DNA from: a virus
Virus record (IMG/VR): IMGVR_UViG_3300045915_000028
DNA length: 50,562 nt
Direction: 5' to 3' (one strand)
A program made the position numbers and the translations under genes. Below the pieces are notes generated by a model. That model was given only the letters and a program-made list of their open reading frames with translations. It was not told the origin of the DNA and searched no databases. This document shows, piece by piece, positions 33,429 through 42,705 of this stretch. Within the stretch, counting starts at the first letter, position 1. Each line of letters opens with the position of its first letter.

Positions 33429-35205
33429 GTGAGCACCGCCACGAAAGCGCGCTACGAACTGGTCGAGGTGCTGCACACGCAGCTGCGCACCGGAACACTG
33501 GAGCAGCGTGCGGCCGCGGCCGACAAGCTCGCCGAGATCAAGACCGAGCAGCAGACCGAGATCGTCTTCACCCGTTACGACAAGTTCTGGCGGCGCGCGG
33601 GACAGATCGGCGACTACACGGAATTGACAGCCGGCATTCCGCGCAACCTCACGCCGACGTGCGATTTCGAGCTCAAGGGCGGCGACGGATTCTCACTCGA
33701 CGGCCCCGCCGCACCGGACCCGAACATCCCCGCGCTGCGCAAATGCCGCAAGGAGCTGGTCGGCATCACCGTCGAGGTCGGGCCGGTGCGCTGGGCCGGA
33801 TTCGTCGACCACACGAAGTACAGCTTCCGGGGTGGTAAGCGCACGCTGACAGCGAATTGCCTTGGCATATTTGACATTTTGTCCTACATTCACGTGCTGC
33901 CGACGTGGTGGTTACCTATCCAGGCGCAGCCGATTTCGCATGCCGTGTTCATCGGCCCCATTGTCAGCTGCATCGAGTCGATGATCGCCGAGCAGGCGAT
34001 GCGTTTGCAGTCGGGGATCTGGGAGTTCGTCAACCAGGCCGGGTCACTCAACCCCGACATGCGGGCCTGGTTCGGCACCCTGCTGCAATCGGGCGGCAAC
34101 ATCTTCCAGGCACTCAAGACACCGCTCTACGTGGTCCGCACACCGCTGCTCAAGGACACCAGCATGCTGGTGGCGCGCACCGTGCGGATGGAGAAGATCG
34201 GCGCCGTCATCGAGGACATGACGAAGGCCTACGGTGTCGACGTCCGCATGGATCTGTGGCTGCCCGGCGACCCGCAACCCGACAAATGGGCCAACCTCAC
34301 CCAACCCACCTATGTCGTCACCGTCAAGGACAGGCTGTCCACCAGAGGTCCGACGAACACGATCCTCGATTCGATCGTGAAAACCGTCGTCGACATCGGC
34401 GGCTCGTTTTTCGGCGAGATCAAGGGCGTCATCGAGGCGGCGCCCGGCGCCGAAGGCGTGTTCATCTCCCAACTTGCCGGGGTCGATTTCGAGGAACCGA
34501 TCGCGGTCCTCGTCGACGGCCCCGACACCCCGATGCTCGAGTTCGACATCGACGATTATCATCCCCGCGGCCACACCATGCTCATCGGGGGACGATCGCC
34601 AACCTGGGCCGGTGCCCCCGGGCTGACAACCTGGGGGCACCGGCCCAGAGGGCAAAACATGAGTCAACAACCTCATCAACATCACGCTCAGCTGGTTGAT
34701 CGATTCGCTGATGATTTTCATCGGAATCACTGGTGTGCCAAGCAGTTTGCTCGACGGGTTCCTCAACGACGCGTTCCTGGCGTTCCAGGCGATCCAGCTC
34801 TACGACCGCCGCGACGAGGTCGGCCCCTACGGTCGGCCGGAGAACTTCCTGCCGACCGCATCGGCCCCCTTCAATATCGAGGCCGTATTTTCCTTCATCA
34901 ACCACATTTGGGATACGAGGGGTTGGCGGTCGGCGACTGCGAAGTTCCGAAATGGCCAACCTTTCAGCGTTGGAAAGCATTTCGTCCCAGGCGGGATGAT
35001 GTCGATCGCGCACGCCGGGGAGTTGTACACCGATTTCGTCGAGCACATGTTCATCCGCGACAGCCGTGATGAACGCGCGGACATCATCGTGCAGATAGGT
35101 GATTCCAAGGCGATCGAGGGGCCGCTGGCGCGCAGCCAGCGATTCGCCACCGGACTTCAGGAAGCCGTGAACGTGCTCACGCTCGCCCCGAGGACGGCGG
35201 CATGA
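33429..35205 (+). CDS. Minor tail protein with broken reading frame (frame A 33429 to about 34661, frame +1 from 34663 to 35205)
   Basis: Frame A turns Arg/Pro/His-rich after about 34660, while the +1 frame reads VNNLINITLSWLIDSLMIFIGITGVPSSLLDGFLNDAFLAFQ... Confidence 0.6.
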
Positions 35206-35212
35206 AACAAGC

Positions 35213-36100
35213 TTGGAGGCAACGGCAGTGACACAGCCCATACCCGAAGTCGTCACCCTCGACGGCGAGGAGTTCTGGCAGTGGCGGGTCGTACTGCGCA
35301 TCCCGAAGAACTGGACACCGGAGTCCGGTGTTTTCATCGCGGTCGCCCCACCCGGCGGTATCGCCAACTTCCCGGCCGCCATACAGGGCCGCAACGGACT
35401 ATCGCCGGCTCTGCGCAACATCGTCGTGGAGGAGTTGGAGCACGACGACCCGACACCGGCGTCGGCGCGGTGGGAACTCGTCGCGCCCGCCACCGACACC
35501 ATCGGCCCGGTCTACGACGAGTACCGCACGCAGCACAGGGGCCGACCCGGACTGTCGGCCACCACGGCGCTGCTCGGCGCGTCCGACCTGACCGGCACAC
35601 CATTGTCGGGCTACGTTTTCCAGGTCAACGCGGCCGGTGACGGTGCCGAACTGGTGGCGATGAAGGTCGGCAACATGTACTGGCCGACGACGATCACCAC
35701 CCTTTCGAACGCGAACGGCGCCAACACGATCGCATCGGTGGTCATACCGACTCAGCCGTGGGGTTACCGGCTCGCCGCCGAAGGCCAGCAGACACTCGAC
35801 CCGGACGGCCCCGATGTGCAGGTCGATCTGGTGGCCCGCCTCGGTGGTACCGGCACCGGCACCGGCGCCACCGACGGCAGCGTCATCGCCCGCGGATACG
35901 GGCTCGCCGGGGGTACGGTGCAAAACCTGGTGCTCTCGCCCGCACCGCCCGTGGGCAGCTCCGCGGGGTTCGGTGAGGTGGCCAACGGCGCGAGCCGCAC
36001 CGTCTATATCCGCTGTGAGCAGATCGGTTCCGGCGTGGACACTTTCGACACCGTGGCGGGCCGCGGCCTGTTCTCGGTGCGGGTCGAGCCGCTGCAATGA
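35213..36100 (+). CDS. Minor tail protein (295 aa; alternative GTG 35228)
   Basis: Synteny; ATGA overlap downstream. Confidence 0.6.
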   Translation: MEATAVTQPIPEVVTLDGEEFWQWRVVLRIPKNWTPESGVFIAVAPPGGIANFPAAIQGRNGLSPALRNIVVEELEHDDPTPASARWELVAPATDTIGPVYDEYRTQHRGRPGLSATTALLGASDLTGTPLSGYVFQVNAAGDGAELVAMKVGNMYWPTTITTLSNANGANTIASVVIPTQPWGYRLAAEGQQTLDPDGPDVQVDLVARLGGTGTGTGATDGSVIARGYGLAGGTVQNLVLSPAPPVGSSAGFGEVANGASRTVYIRCEQIGSGVDTFDTVAGRGLFSVRVEPLQ

Positions 36101-37059
36101 CCGCTCCCGAGCCGATCACCGCGCCGGGTATCCATGACCGGCCGTCGCAGCCGGCGGGCGCACCGTACAGTCAGGCACAGTTGCGGGGCATCGGTCAGGC
36201 GATGCGCTGGCGGTTTCTGGCCGACGTGCTCTACGCGGTGGCCGGTATCGAGATTTTCGGTATCAACCCGTTCGGTTTCCTGTCCGCGTGGGCCGATGAC
36301 CTGTCGGCGCGTGCCGATGCCGCCTACAACATCGCGATAGGCGCGCAGTCGGCGGCGAATTACGCCAATGGGCAGCTGACGCTGAACATGACATCGGATG
36401 TGACGGGCGGCGTGTCGATCTCGGCGGGTTTCACCGGCGCGGCCGCAAACAATCTCGGCGCCGGCTGGAACCGTGTCTCGGTGGGTTCGGGTGGCGGGAA
36501 CTTCGGCCCCAACGGGTCCGGGCAAGCAGTGTGGAAACGGTCGGGTGGTCTGCCGCGGGCGCATTACGACCGCAACACCACCGCGCTGGCCACCGACATC
36601 CAGGGCATCCGGATGCTGGTGTCGACACGGCCGCAGTCCGGCGGCGGGTCGACGAGTTGGTCTGCGCTCAACGGCAATTCGTACAACACGCTGCTGGGCC
36701 GGATGAACGCGGCGCAGGATTGCGCGGTGTTCGCGCGCATCGGACGCAGCGCGGTCGGTATCGGCGCGATCGTGTCCGGTAGCGAAACGATTCTCGGCGG
36801 CACGGCGCTGACCGTGGCTGACGGTGATGTGTGGACGCTGCTGCTCGGCACGGACGCCAGTGACCGCGAATTTCTACTGAAGCAGAACGGCGTTGTGCGG
36901 CTCGCGGTCACCGATTCGGGCGCAGTGTCACAGATGGGCGGCGCCTACCGGTATGCGGGCCTGGCTTCGGAGGCGAGCGCGAACCTTTTCACACAGTGGG
37001 ACACCGGGGCTGTCGACGCCTGGTCTGCTGTCGACCGCCAACCAACCACGCTTCTCTAA
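36097..37059 (+). CDS. Minor tail protein (320 aa)
   Basis: ATGA overlap; synteny. Confidence 0.6.
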   Translation: MTAPEPITAPGIHDRPSQPAGAPYSQAQLRGIGQAMRWRFLADVLYAVAGIEIFGINPFGFLSAWADDLSARADAAYNIAIGAQSAANYANGQLTLNMTSDVTGGVSISAGFTGAAANNLGAGWNRVSVGSGGGNFGPNGSGQAVWKRSGGLPRAHYDRNTTALATDIQGIRMLVSTRPQSGGGSTSWSALNGNSYNTLLGRMNAAQDCAVFARIGRSAVGIGAIVSGSETILGGTALTVADGDVWTLLLGTDASDREFLLKQNGVVRLAVTDSGAVSQMGGAYRYAGLASEASANLFTQWDTGAVDAWSAVDRQPTTLL

Positions 37060-37069
37060 AAGGGGATCC

Positions 37070-37342
37070 ATGGCAATCATGTTGGAACGCAAACCGACAC
37101 AGCATCAGGGCTGGCATCTCCTCGACGCGGCGGCGATGCTGACCGCGTTCGAGGAACTCAAGCCGTCCGGGTGGCGCGGCGGCCTGTCCGCCGATGAGGG
37201 CGGCGCGTGGCGGCTGGAACTCAACGCCAATGATCACGTGACCATCACGGCGCAGATCGGCCAATGGCTCGTCCTCGACGGGCAACTGCGCGTGCTGGGC
37301 GCCGACGAGTGCGCCGAACTTTACGACGAGGTGGTGACCTGA
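37070..37342 (+). CDS. Hypothetical tail-region protein (90 aa)
   Basis: AAAGGGGA RBS region then ATG 37070. Confidence 0.55.
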   Translation: MAIMLERKPTQHQGWHLLDAAAMLTAFEELKPSGWRGGLSADEGGAWRLELNANDHVTITAQIGQWLVLDGQLRVLGADECAELYDEVVT

Positions 37343-37944
37343 TGCTGAATTTCACCGTCGTCTATGACGATCTGGTCAACAACGACGCCGACGTGAGCGG
37401 CGATGTCGACGCGGTGGCGGTGACCGGCCCGGTGGCGTTCATCCCGGCGATCCGCACCGGTGCGCGTATCCCCGCCCCGAACAACCTGCCGCGCCCCGCC
37501 GGGCTGGCTTTGCGGACATTCCCCGCCTTTCTCGACGCCGACGGGCAACTCAAGACCGAACCGGGCGGCGTGGTGGGAGTCCGGCTGTGGGCCAATGACC
37601 CCGACTGGAATCTGGACCGGCTGCAATATCTGGTACGGGCCAATTTGACGGATCAGCTCGGCAACGCGGTGCCGTGGGCGCCGTTCGCGTTCGACGCGCC
37701 GACCGAGGATGTCACGATCGACCTGACGAACGAGATGCCGCAGCCCGGACAGAAGTTCTCCCGCGGCCGGGCGGGCTACGGTTTTGCACGCGACGGTGTG
37801 AGCATCGACGGGCTCGGGCAGCTGGTGTTCACGCGTGAGGACGGCGCCGAGCTGGCGGTGGTGCCGATACCGGAGGATCTGTCCGGGGCGCTGGCGGCGG
37901 CGTCGGCGGATGCGCTGGCGCTCGGATTGACGTTCGTCCGATGA
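37342..37944 (+). CDS. Minor tail protein (200 aa)
   Basis: TGATG junction; synteny. Confidence 0.55.
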   Translation: MLNFTVVYDDLVNNDADVSGDVDAVAVTGPVAFIPAIRTGARIPAPNNLPRPAGLALRTFPAFLDADGQLKTEPGGVVGVRLWANDPDWNLDRLQYLVRANLTDQLGNAVPWAPFAFDAPTEDVTIDLTNEMPQPGQKFSRGRAGYGFARDGVSIDGLGQLVFTREDGAELAVVPIPEDLSGALAAASADALALGLTFVR

Positions 37945-38135
37945 ACTCCGTGTTCCCGCGCGGCCCCGACATTACGCACGTGAGCGTCGACGGGTCCGGA
38001 CGGCTCACGCTCATCTGGTCGGACGGCCACACATCACCGCCGACCGCCGCGCTCGAACTGGCCGTCGTGAGCCGGCACCGCGCCCGCGTCATCGCCACCC
38101 GCATTTTCACCAAACGAAAGGGCCGCAATGGCTGA
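37941..38135 (+). CDS. Hypothetical protein (64 aa)
   Basis: ATGA overlap. Confidence 0.45.
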   Translation: MNSVFPRGPDITHVSVDGSGRLTLIWSDGHTSPPTAALELAVVSRHRARVIATRIFTKRKGRNG

Positions 38136-38490
38136 CACACCCAATCTGATCAACGCGACATCGAACCTGCCGCAAGTGCTTGTTGCGCAGCAACTTTCGG
38201 TGACCGCAGAGTCTTCAATCTACGAGGTTCCGGCCAGTAAGTCGGCGGTCATCGACACCGCCACAGTCTGCAACACGCACGGCGCGGCGCAGACCGCGTA
38301 CCTGTCGGTCGTCAAGGCCGGCGGCACGTCCGGGTCGGCGAACCGGGTCGCGATCATCACACTTGAGCCGGGCGAATCGACCGTGGTCGATGAGCTCGTC
38401 GGATGTTTGGGCCCCGGTGATCTCGTGGCCGGGCATGCGTCTGCTGCGGGCGCGGTGGCGATCGTGCTGCGGGGGGCGGTGTCGTCGTGA
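38128..38490 (+). CDS. Hypothetical tail-region protein (120 aa)
   Basis: ORF track; overlaps neighbours by 8 and 4 nt. Confidence 0.55.
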   Translation: MADTPNLINATSNLPQVLVAQQLSVTAESSIYEVPASKSAVIDTATVCNTHGAAQTAYLSVVKAGGTSGSANRVAIITLEPGESTVVDELVGCLGPGDLVAGHASAAGAVAIVLRGAVSS

Positions 38491-39761
38491 CCCGCACAAC
38501 GCGGCTCAATCCGGTCGTCACCGACCGCGATTTCGTCGACCGGATCAAAGATCAGGTGGAGTCGCTGGCCGCGCTGGCATCACCGACCGCGATGGCGGTG
38601 CTCGGCGACTCACACACCGAGACGGCCGGCGGGCCGGGTGTGTCCGCGGACCACTCGCCGAGCGCACTGGTTTTCGGTCTGTCCTATCTCGGGTGGCCGT
38701 TCGACATCGCCTGGAATTACGCGGTCGGCGGTGCGACATCGGCGCAGATCCTCGCATCGGTCGACGATGCGCTGTATCCGGCCGATCCGGCGTACCGGCC
38801 CGGCATCGTGTACTTCGACGGCGGCGCCAACGACGCGGCGCTGACCGTGACGGAGACCATCGACAATCTGCAGGGGATCGCTGACGCCGTCTTGGCGGCC
38901 GGTGCGACCGCGGTCTATCAGGGCATGTCCCCGGTCGACTCGCCGACCAGCGGGCAACTGCTGCGGATGAACACGGCCAACGGGTGGGCGCGTCAGCAGT
39001 CGCAGCGCCGCCCGCGTTTCGTGTTCGCCGACATCGCGCCCGCTGTGATCGACCCGGTGACGGGCGCGCTGCGCGCCGACTGCTCGACATCGGGCGGCGA
39101 CGTGGTGCATCTGTCGCCGCGGGGCAAATCGCTGGCCGGTCTGGCGGTGGCCGACGCGCTGCGCCCACTGGCGGTCAAAGGTGCGCCGCTGTGCCCGCAC
39201 AACGGCAACCCGACGAACGTGTGCCAGTGGTCGCACCCGCCGTCGGTGTCCGATAACCCGGCGCAGGGACCGGGCTACTTTTCCGGGGTCTCGGCGATCG
39301 CGGCGATACCGGGCGCGCACTGGTCGGTCGCCGACCGCCCCGGGCGGGCGTCGAAATGGACACAACTGGTCCTGCCGCCCAGCGCCGGCGCGCAGACCAT
39401 CGTCCACAACGCCGCCTATGCCACGGGTGTCCTGCAATCCGGCGACGATGTGTTCTTCACCATGGAATACGAGGTGGCCGACGCCCAAACCGACGCTGTT
39501 GCATCAGGTTTCGGCATCAGCGCCGAATACGACGGCACCTCTTTCATGCCGGGTATCGCGGCCTGCCTGACACCCAACCCGGGCGAGTACGGGCCGATCA
39601 ACGACCGCGGCGGGGTTTTGCGGACCCCAGTTTTCTCCGCACCGGTCGGCGCGGCGGGCTCGGCGGTGCTCAACATTCGCATCCACTTCACCGGCGGCGC
39701 GACATACCGATTCGACTCGATCGGCATGTGGAACCTCACCCGCAACCCGCTGATCTTCTAG
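38487..39761 (+). CDS. Minor tail protein with N-terminal SGNH/GDSL hydrolase domain (424 aa)
   Basis: Block I VLGDSHTE, block III DGGANDA, block V GGDVVHLS (DxxH). Confidence 0.7.
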   Translation: MTRTTRLNPVVTDRDFVDRIKDQVESLAALASPTAMAVLGDSHTETAGGPGVSADHSPSALVFGLSYLGWPFDIAWNYAVGGATSAQILASVDDALYPADPAYRPGIVYFDGGANDAALTVTETIDNLQGIADAVLAAGATAVYQGMSPVDSPTSGQLLRMNTANGWARQQSQRRPRFVFADIAPAVIDPVTGALRADCSTSGGDVVHLSPRGKSLAGLAVADALRPLAVKGAPLCPHNGNPTNVCQWSHPPSVSDNPAQGPGYFSGVSAIAAIPGAHWSVADRPGRASKWTQLVLPPSAGAQTIVHNAAYATGVLQSGDDVFFTMEYEVADAQTDAVASGFGISAEYDGTSFMPGIAACLTPNPGEYGPINDRGGVLRTPVFSAPVGAAGSAVLNIRIHFTGGATYRFDSIGMWNLTRNPLIF

Positions 39762-39770
39762 GAGGCCGGA

Positions 39771-40973
39771 ATGCCAGCTGTCACTGAGGAATTGATCGCC
39801 CGGATACGGCGCGATGTGAGAATCGCTTCACTCGCCGGCCGGTTGGCTGGAGCGATCCCGGCGGGCCGGCGCCTGCCCGCCGCGTACACGAGTTACCGCG
39901 ACAAGGCCAATGGGGCGCAACCCTCGACATGGGATGTCGGCGGCGAAGGCTGGACCGAGGTCTACACCCCCGACGGCTTCGTCACCGCGATGAACGTCCA
40001 GAGCGGGTTCCTGACGACCAACCCGACCGGCGGCACGACACACGGCAAGGGATTCAACACGTTCAACGCCGGTGCGGTCATCAACCGGATCGGGTGCCGG
40101 TTCAAAATCGCACCGCGCACCAATCCTGATGGCGGGCTGGTCATCATCCTCGCCAACACTGCCATCAACCCGGTTTCACCAGATTCGGCGTTGCGGTTAT
40201 CGTGTCACCTGATCGTCGGTATCCGGTATGCCGAGCTGGCGCTGGTCAACGCCTCCAGCGGGGAGTGGACCACGCTGGGATCGTGGCAATACGACACCCC
40301 GATCCTCATCAACGACAGCACGCTCTACGAGGTGGATGTCTACCGGGTGGGCACCACGCTCACCTGTGTGCTGCCCGACGGCCAGGTCGTCTCCGCGTCG
40401 CACGCGAATGTAGCCGCGTGGGCGGGCAATTACGGGTGTGTGGAGACCATCGCCAACAACGCCACCACCGATGGCATCGTGCGGATCGCCGAGAAGTGGG
40501 CCAGCACCGGCGATCAGACCGCGAATCTGCCGACGTCGGTGCTGGCGCGACGCGATCAGGTACTCGGCGCGGTCGGTGAAACAGCGATCGCGAAGATCAC
40601 CACCAAGCCCACCATCGCCACCGCAGAGGCATCTGGCGACGTGGCCGGACTGTCCATCTACGTGCCCTACGCCAACCGCCCGCGGCTGGTCACGGCGAAG
40701 CTCGGCATCCTCGTCGCCACGGGCGACAGCATCTGGAAAGTCCAGATCCTCAACGCCGCCAACGCGATCATGGACTCAACTATCGTGCCGATCAACTCCG
40801 CGCTGGCGACGGCGTCTTCGATCACGCCGCTGCAGGTCCACCTCGACAGCACAGACCCTGATGGCACGTTTCGGGTGCGGGCGTTTCGGATCTCCGGCTC
40901 GGCCACGGCCACCCTCAACAATGATTCTCAGGGCAACGCCGGTGAGGCGTGGATCAAGGCCGTGGTGTCGTGA
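39771..40973 (+). CDS. Minor tail / candidate receptor-binding protein (400 aa)
   Basis: AGGAGG RBS; distal position in the tail module. Confidence 0.55.
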   Translation: MPAVTEELIARIRRDVRIASLAGRLAGAIPAGRRLPAAYTSYRDKANGAQPSTWDVGGEGWTEVYTPDGFVTAMNVQSGFLTTNPTGGTTHGKGFNTFNAGAVINRIGCRFKIAPRTNPDGGLVIILANTAINPVSPDSALRLSCHLIVGIRYAELALVNASSGEWTTLGSWQYDTPILINDSTLYEVDVYRVGTTLTCVLPDGQVVSASHANVAAWAGNYGCVETIANNATTDGIVRIAEKWASTGDQTANLPTSVLARRDQVLGAVGETAIAKITTKPTIATAEASGDVAGLSIYVPYANRPRLVTAKLGILVATGDSIWKVQILNAANAIMDSTIVPINSALATASSITPLQVHLDSTDPDGTFRVRAFRISGSATATLNNDSQGNAGEAWIKAVVS

Positions 40974-41983
40974 CCGAGTTCGGTTTGTCCTCGGTGGCTG
41001 TCACCGCCGGGCTCGACGACGCCGCCGAGTGCAACCGGATCGTGGAGACGGGCGCTACGTGGGCCAGGGTCGTGATCCCGTGGAACTACGTCGAGGCGTG
41101 GAACGACGAAAACAATTGGAGTCCGGCGCATCTGCAATGGGGCGCCATTGATTCGGCGATCAACGCCGCCCGCGCGCGCGGGCTCAAGATCCTCGGGCTG
41201 ATCCAGGGACCGGCCCCGGCGTGGGCGGCCGACCCGGATCAGCCCGCCTATTCCACGACCCCGCTGAATGTGTCCACGTATGCGCGGTTCTGCGCCCAGG
41301 TCGCCGATCGCTACCGCGGCAAGGTGCGGCATTGGGAGATCTGGAATGAGCCGAACCTGCGGCTGTATTGGACCAACCCCGATCCGAAAGCGTATGCGGC
41401 GCTGCTGATCGCGGCATCAAAGGCCATCAAAGCCGTCCAACCGGACGCGTTCGTCGTCAGCGGCGGTCTGTCGTCGTGGGCCGAGGGCGGCATCGCGCCC
41501 ATCCCGTACTTGGGCGGCATGGCTGATGCCGGGGTGGCCGACCACATCGACGCCGTAGGCCTACACCCCTACACGCATCCGTATTTCTTCGACGCGGACC
41601 CGCAGCGCCGTTGGGACGCTGTGGAATACGTGCTGTCCGCGGGGTATCAGCCGTGGATCACGGAGTACGGGCAGCCGACCGGAACCAGTCATATCTCGGT
41701 GGATGAACTCGACCAGGCCGACCGGCTCGCCGCGGTGCTCGAGCACGCCGCCGGGCGGCCGGGCATGGGTCCGATCTTCTTCCACGGCACTTTGGACTTG
41801 GGCGCTGATCCGCGGGAACCGGAGCAGAACTTCGGCCTGTACCGGCGCGACGGCACGCCGAAACCCGTTGTCGCGCGGCTCAAAAGCGGACAGCCGCCAC
41901 CACCGCCACCGCCACTGCCGCCGAGCAAGCCGAGCTTCCTGGAACGATTGTGGGCGCTGCTGTTCGGTGGGCGCTGGCCGTAG
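40970..41983 (+). CDS. Glycoside hydrolase, GH5-like (clan GH-A), with Pro-rich C-terminus (337 aa, GTG start)
   Basis: HWEIWNEPN (acid/base Glu), HPY, and WITEYG (nucleophile Glu) about 105 aa downstream. Confidence 0.65.
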   Translation: MTEFGLSSVAVTAGLDDAAECNRIVETGATWARVVIPWNYVEAWNDENNWSPAHLQWGAIDSAINAARARGLKILGLIQGPAPAWAADPDQPAYSTTPLNVSTYARFCAQVADRYRGKVRHWEIWNEPNLRLYWTNPDPKAYAALLIAASKAIKAVQPDAFVVSGGLSSWAEGGIAPIPYLGGMADAGVADHIDAVGLHPYTHPYFFDADPQRRWDAVEYVLSAGYQPWITEYGQPTGTSHISVDELDQADRLAAVLEHAAGRPGMGPIFFHGTLDLGADPREPEQNFGLYRRDGTPKPVVARLKSGQPPPPPPPLPPSKPSFLERLWALLFGGRWP

Positions 41984-41989
41984 AAAGGG

Positions 41990-42103
41990 ATGCCCATGCG
42001 CTATGTCACTGTCGCCGTAGCCACTGTCGCCGCCGCTGTGGTCGCGGGCGTCGGCGCCATGTATGTGCTTCTGTCGCTGGCCGATGAGCCGCTGTGGTTC
42101 TGA
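41990..42103 (+). CDS. Small single-TM protein (37 aa)
   Basis: GAAAGGGA then ATG; MPMRYVTVAVATVAAAVVAGVGAMYVLLSL... Confidence 0.4.
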   Translation: MPMRYVTVAVATVAAAVVAGVGAMYVLLSLADEPLWF

Positions 42104-42222
42104 TGTGGCACTGGGACATCCTCACTGTCCTCGTTCTTCCGGTGCTGCTCTGCACGTGTCTGCTCGGCGTCGGGATCGGCGTCGCGGCCGACGAATACCA
42201 CCACCGCCACCCGAAAGGATGA
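42103..42222 (+). CDS. Small single-TM protein (39 aa)
   Basis: TGATG junction; MWHWDILTVLVLPVLLCTCLLGVGIGVAA... Confidence 0.4.
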   Translation: MWHWDILTVLVLPVLLCTCLLGVGIGVAADEYHHRHPKG

Positions 42223-42226
42223 CGCT

Positions 42227-42553
42227 GTGAATCACCTTGTCAATCTGATCGTCGGCAAGCTCATCGAGCGCCTGACGCCGCTGCTGCTCGACGCGCTGAC
42301 CAAACTCGGGCAGCAGCTGCTGGAGAAGATCGTCGCCCTGTTGCCGGTGATTGTCGCGGCGTCCACGAAGGCGATCACGGAGCAACTGGCGTCGAAACTT
42401 CCGCTGCCGAACCTGCCCGAGTTGGCCGAGAAGATCCGCGCCGACGCCAGCGCCGTCCTGCCCGATGACGTGGACCTGCCGTTCATCAGCGATTGGGGCG
42501 AGAAGGTGCTGGGTATCGACCTGAGCGACCTAATCACGGGCAGGCGCGCATGA
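42227..42553 (+). CDS. Hypothetical protein upstream of lysin A (108 aa)
   Basis: GAAAGGA then GTG; helical/hydrophobic N-terminal half. Confidence 0.55.
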   Translation: MNHLVNLIVGKLIERLTPLLLDALTKLGQQLLEKIVALLPVIVAASTKAITEQLASKLPLPNLPELAEKIRADASAVLPDDVDLPFISDWGEKVLGIDLSDLITGRRA

Positions 42554-42705
42554 GCCAAATGCCATTCTGGCTTCACGAGCTTGTCCATCCAAGTCACAAG
42601 GTGACCAGCGACATAACCCAGTATCGACTCTGCAATGTGTGCTGGGACTGCCCGACCACATGGGTATGGCCCGCAAGGTCATACCAGGAGGGGCGGCGCC
42701 CGTGA
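42550..42705 (+). CDS. Possible small protein (51 aa)
   Basis: ATGA overlap upstream and GTGA overlap downstream, but weak codon bias. Confidence 0.3.
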   Translation: MSQMPFWLHELVHPSHKVTSDITQYRLCNVCWDCPTTWVWPARSYQEGRRP

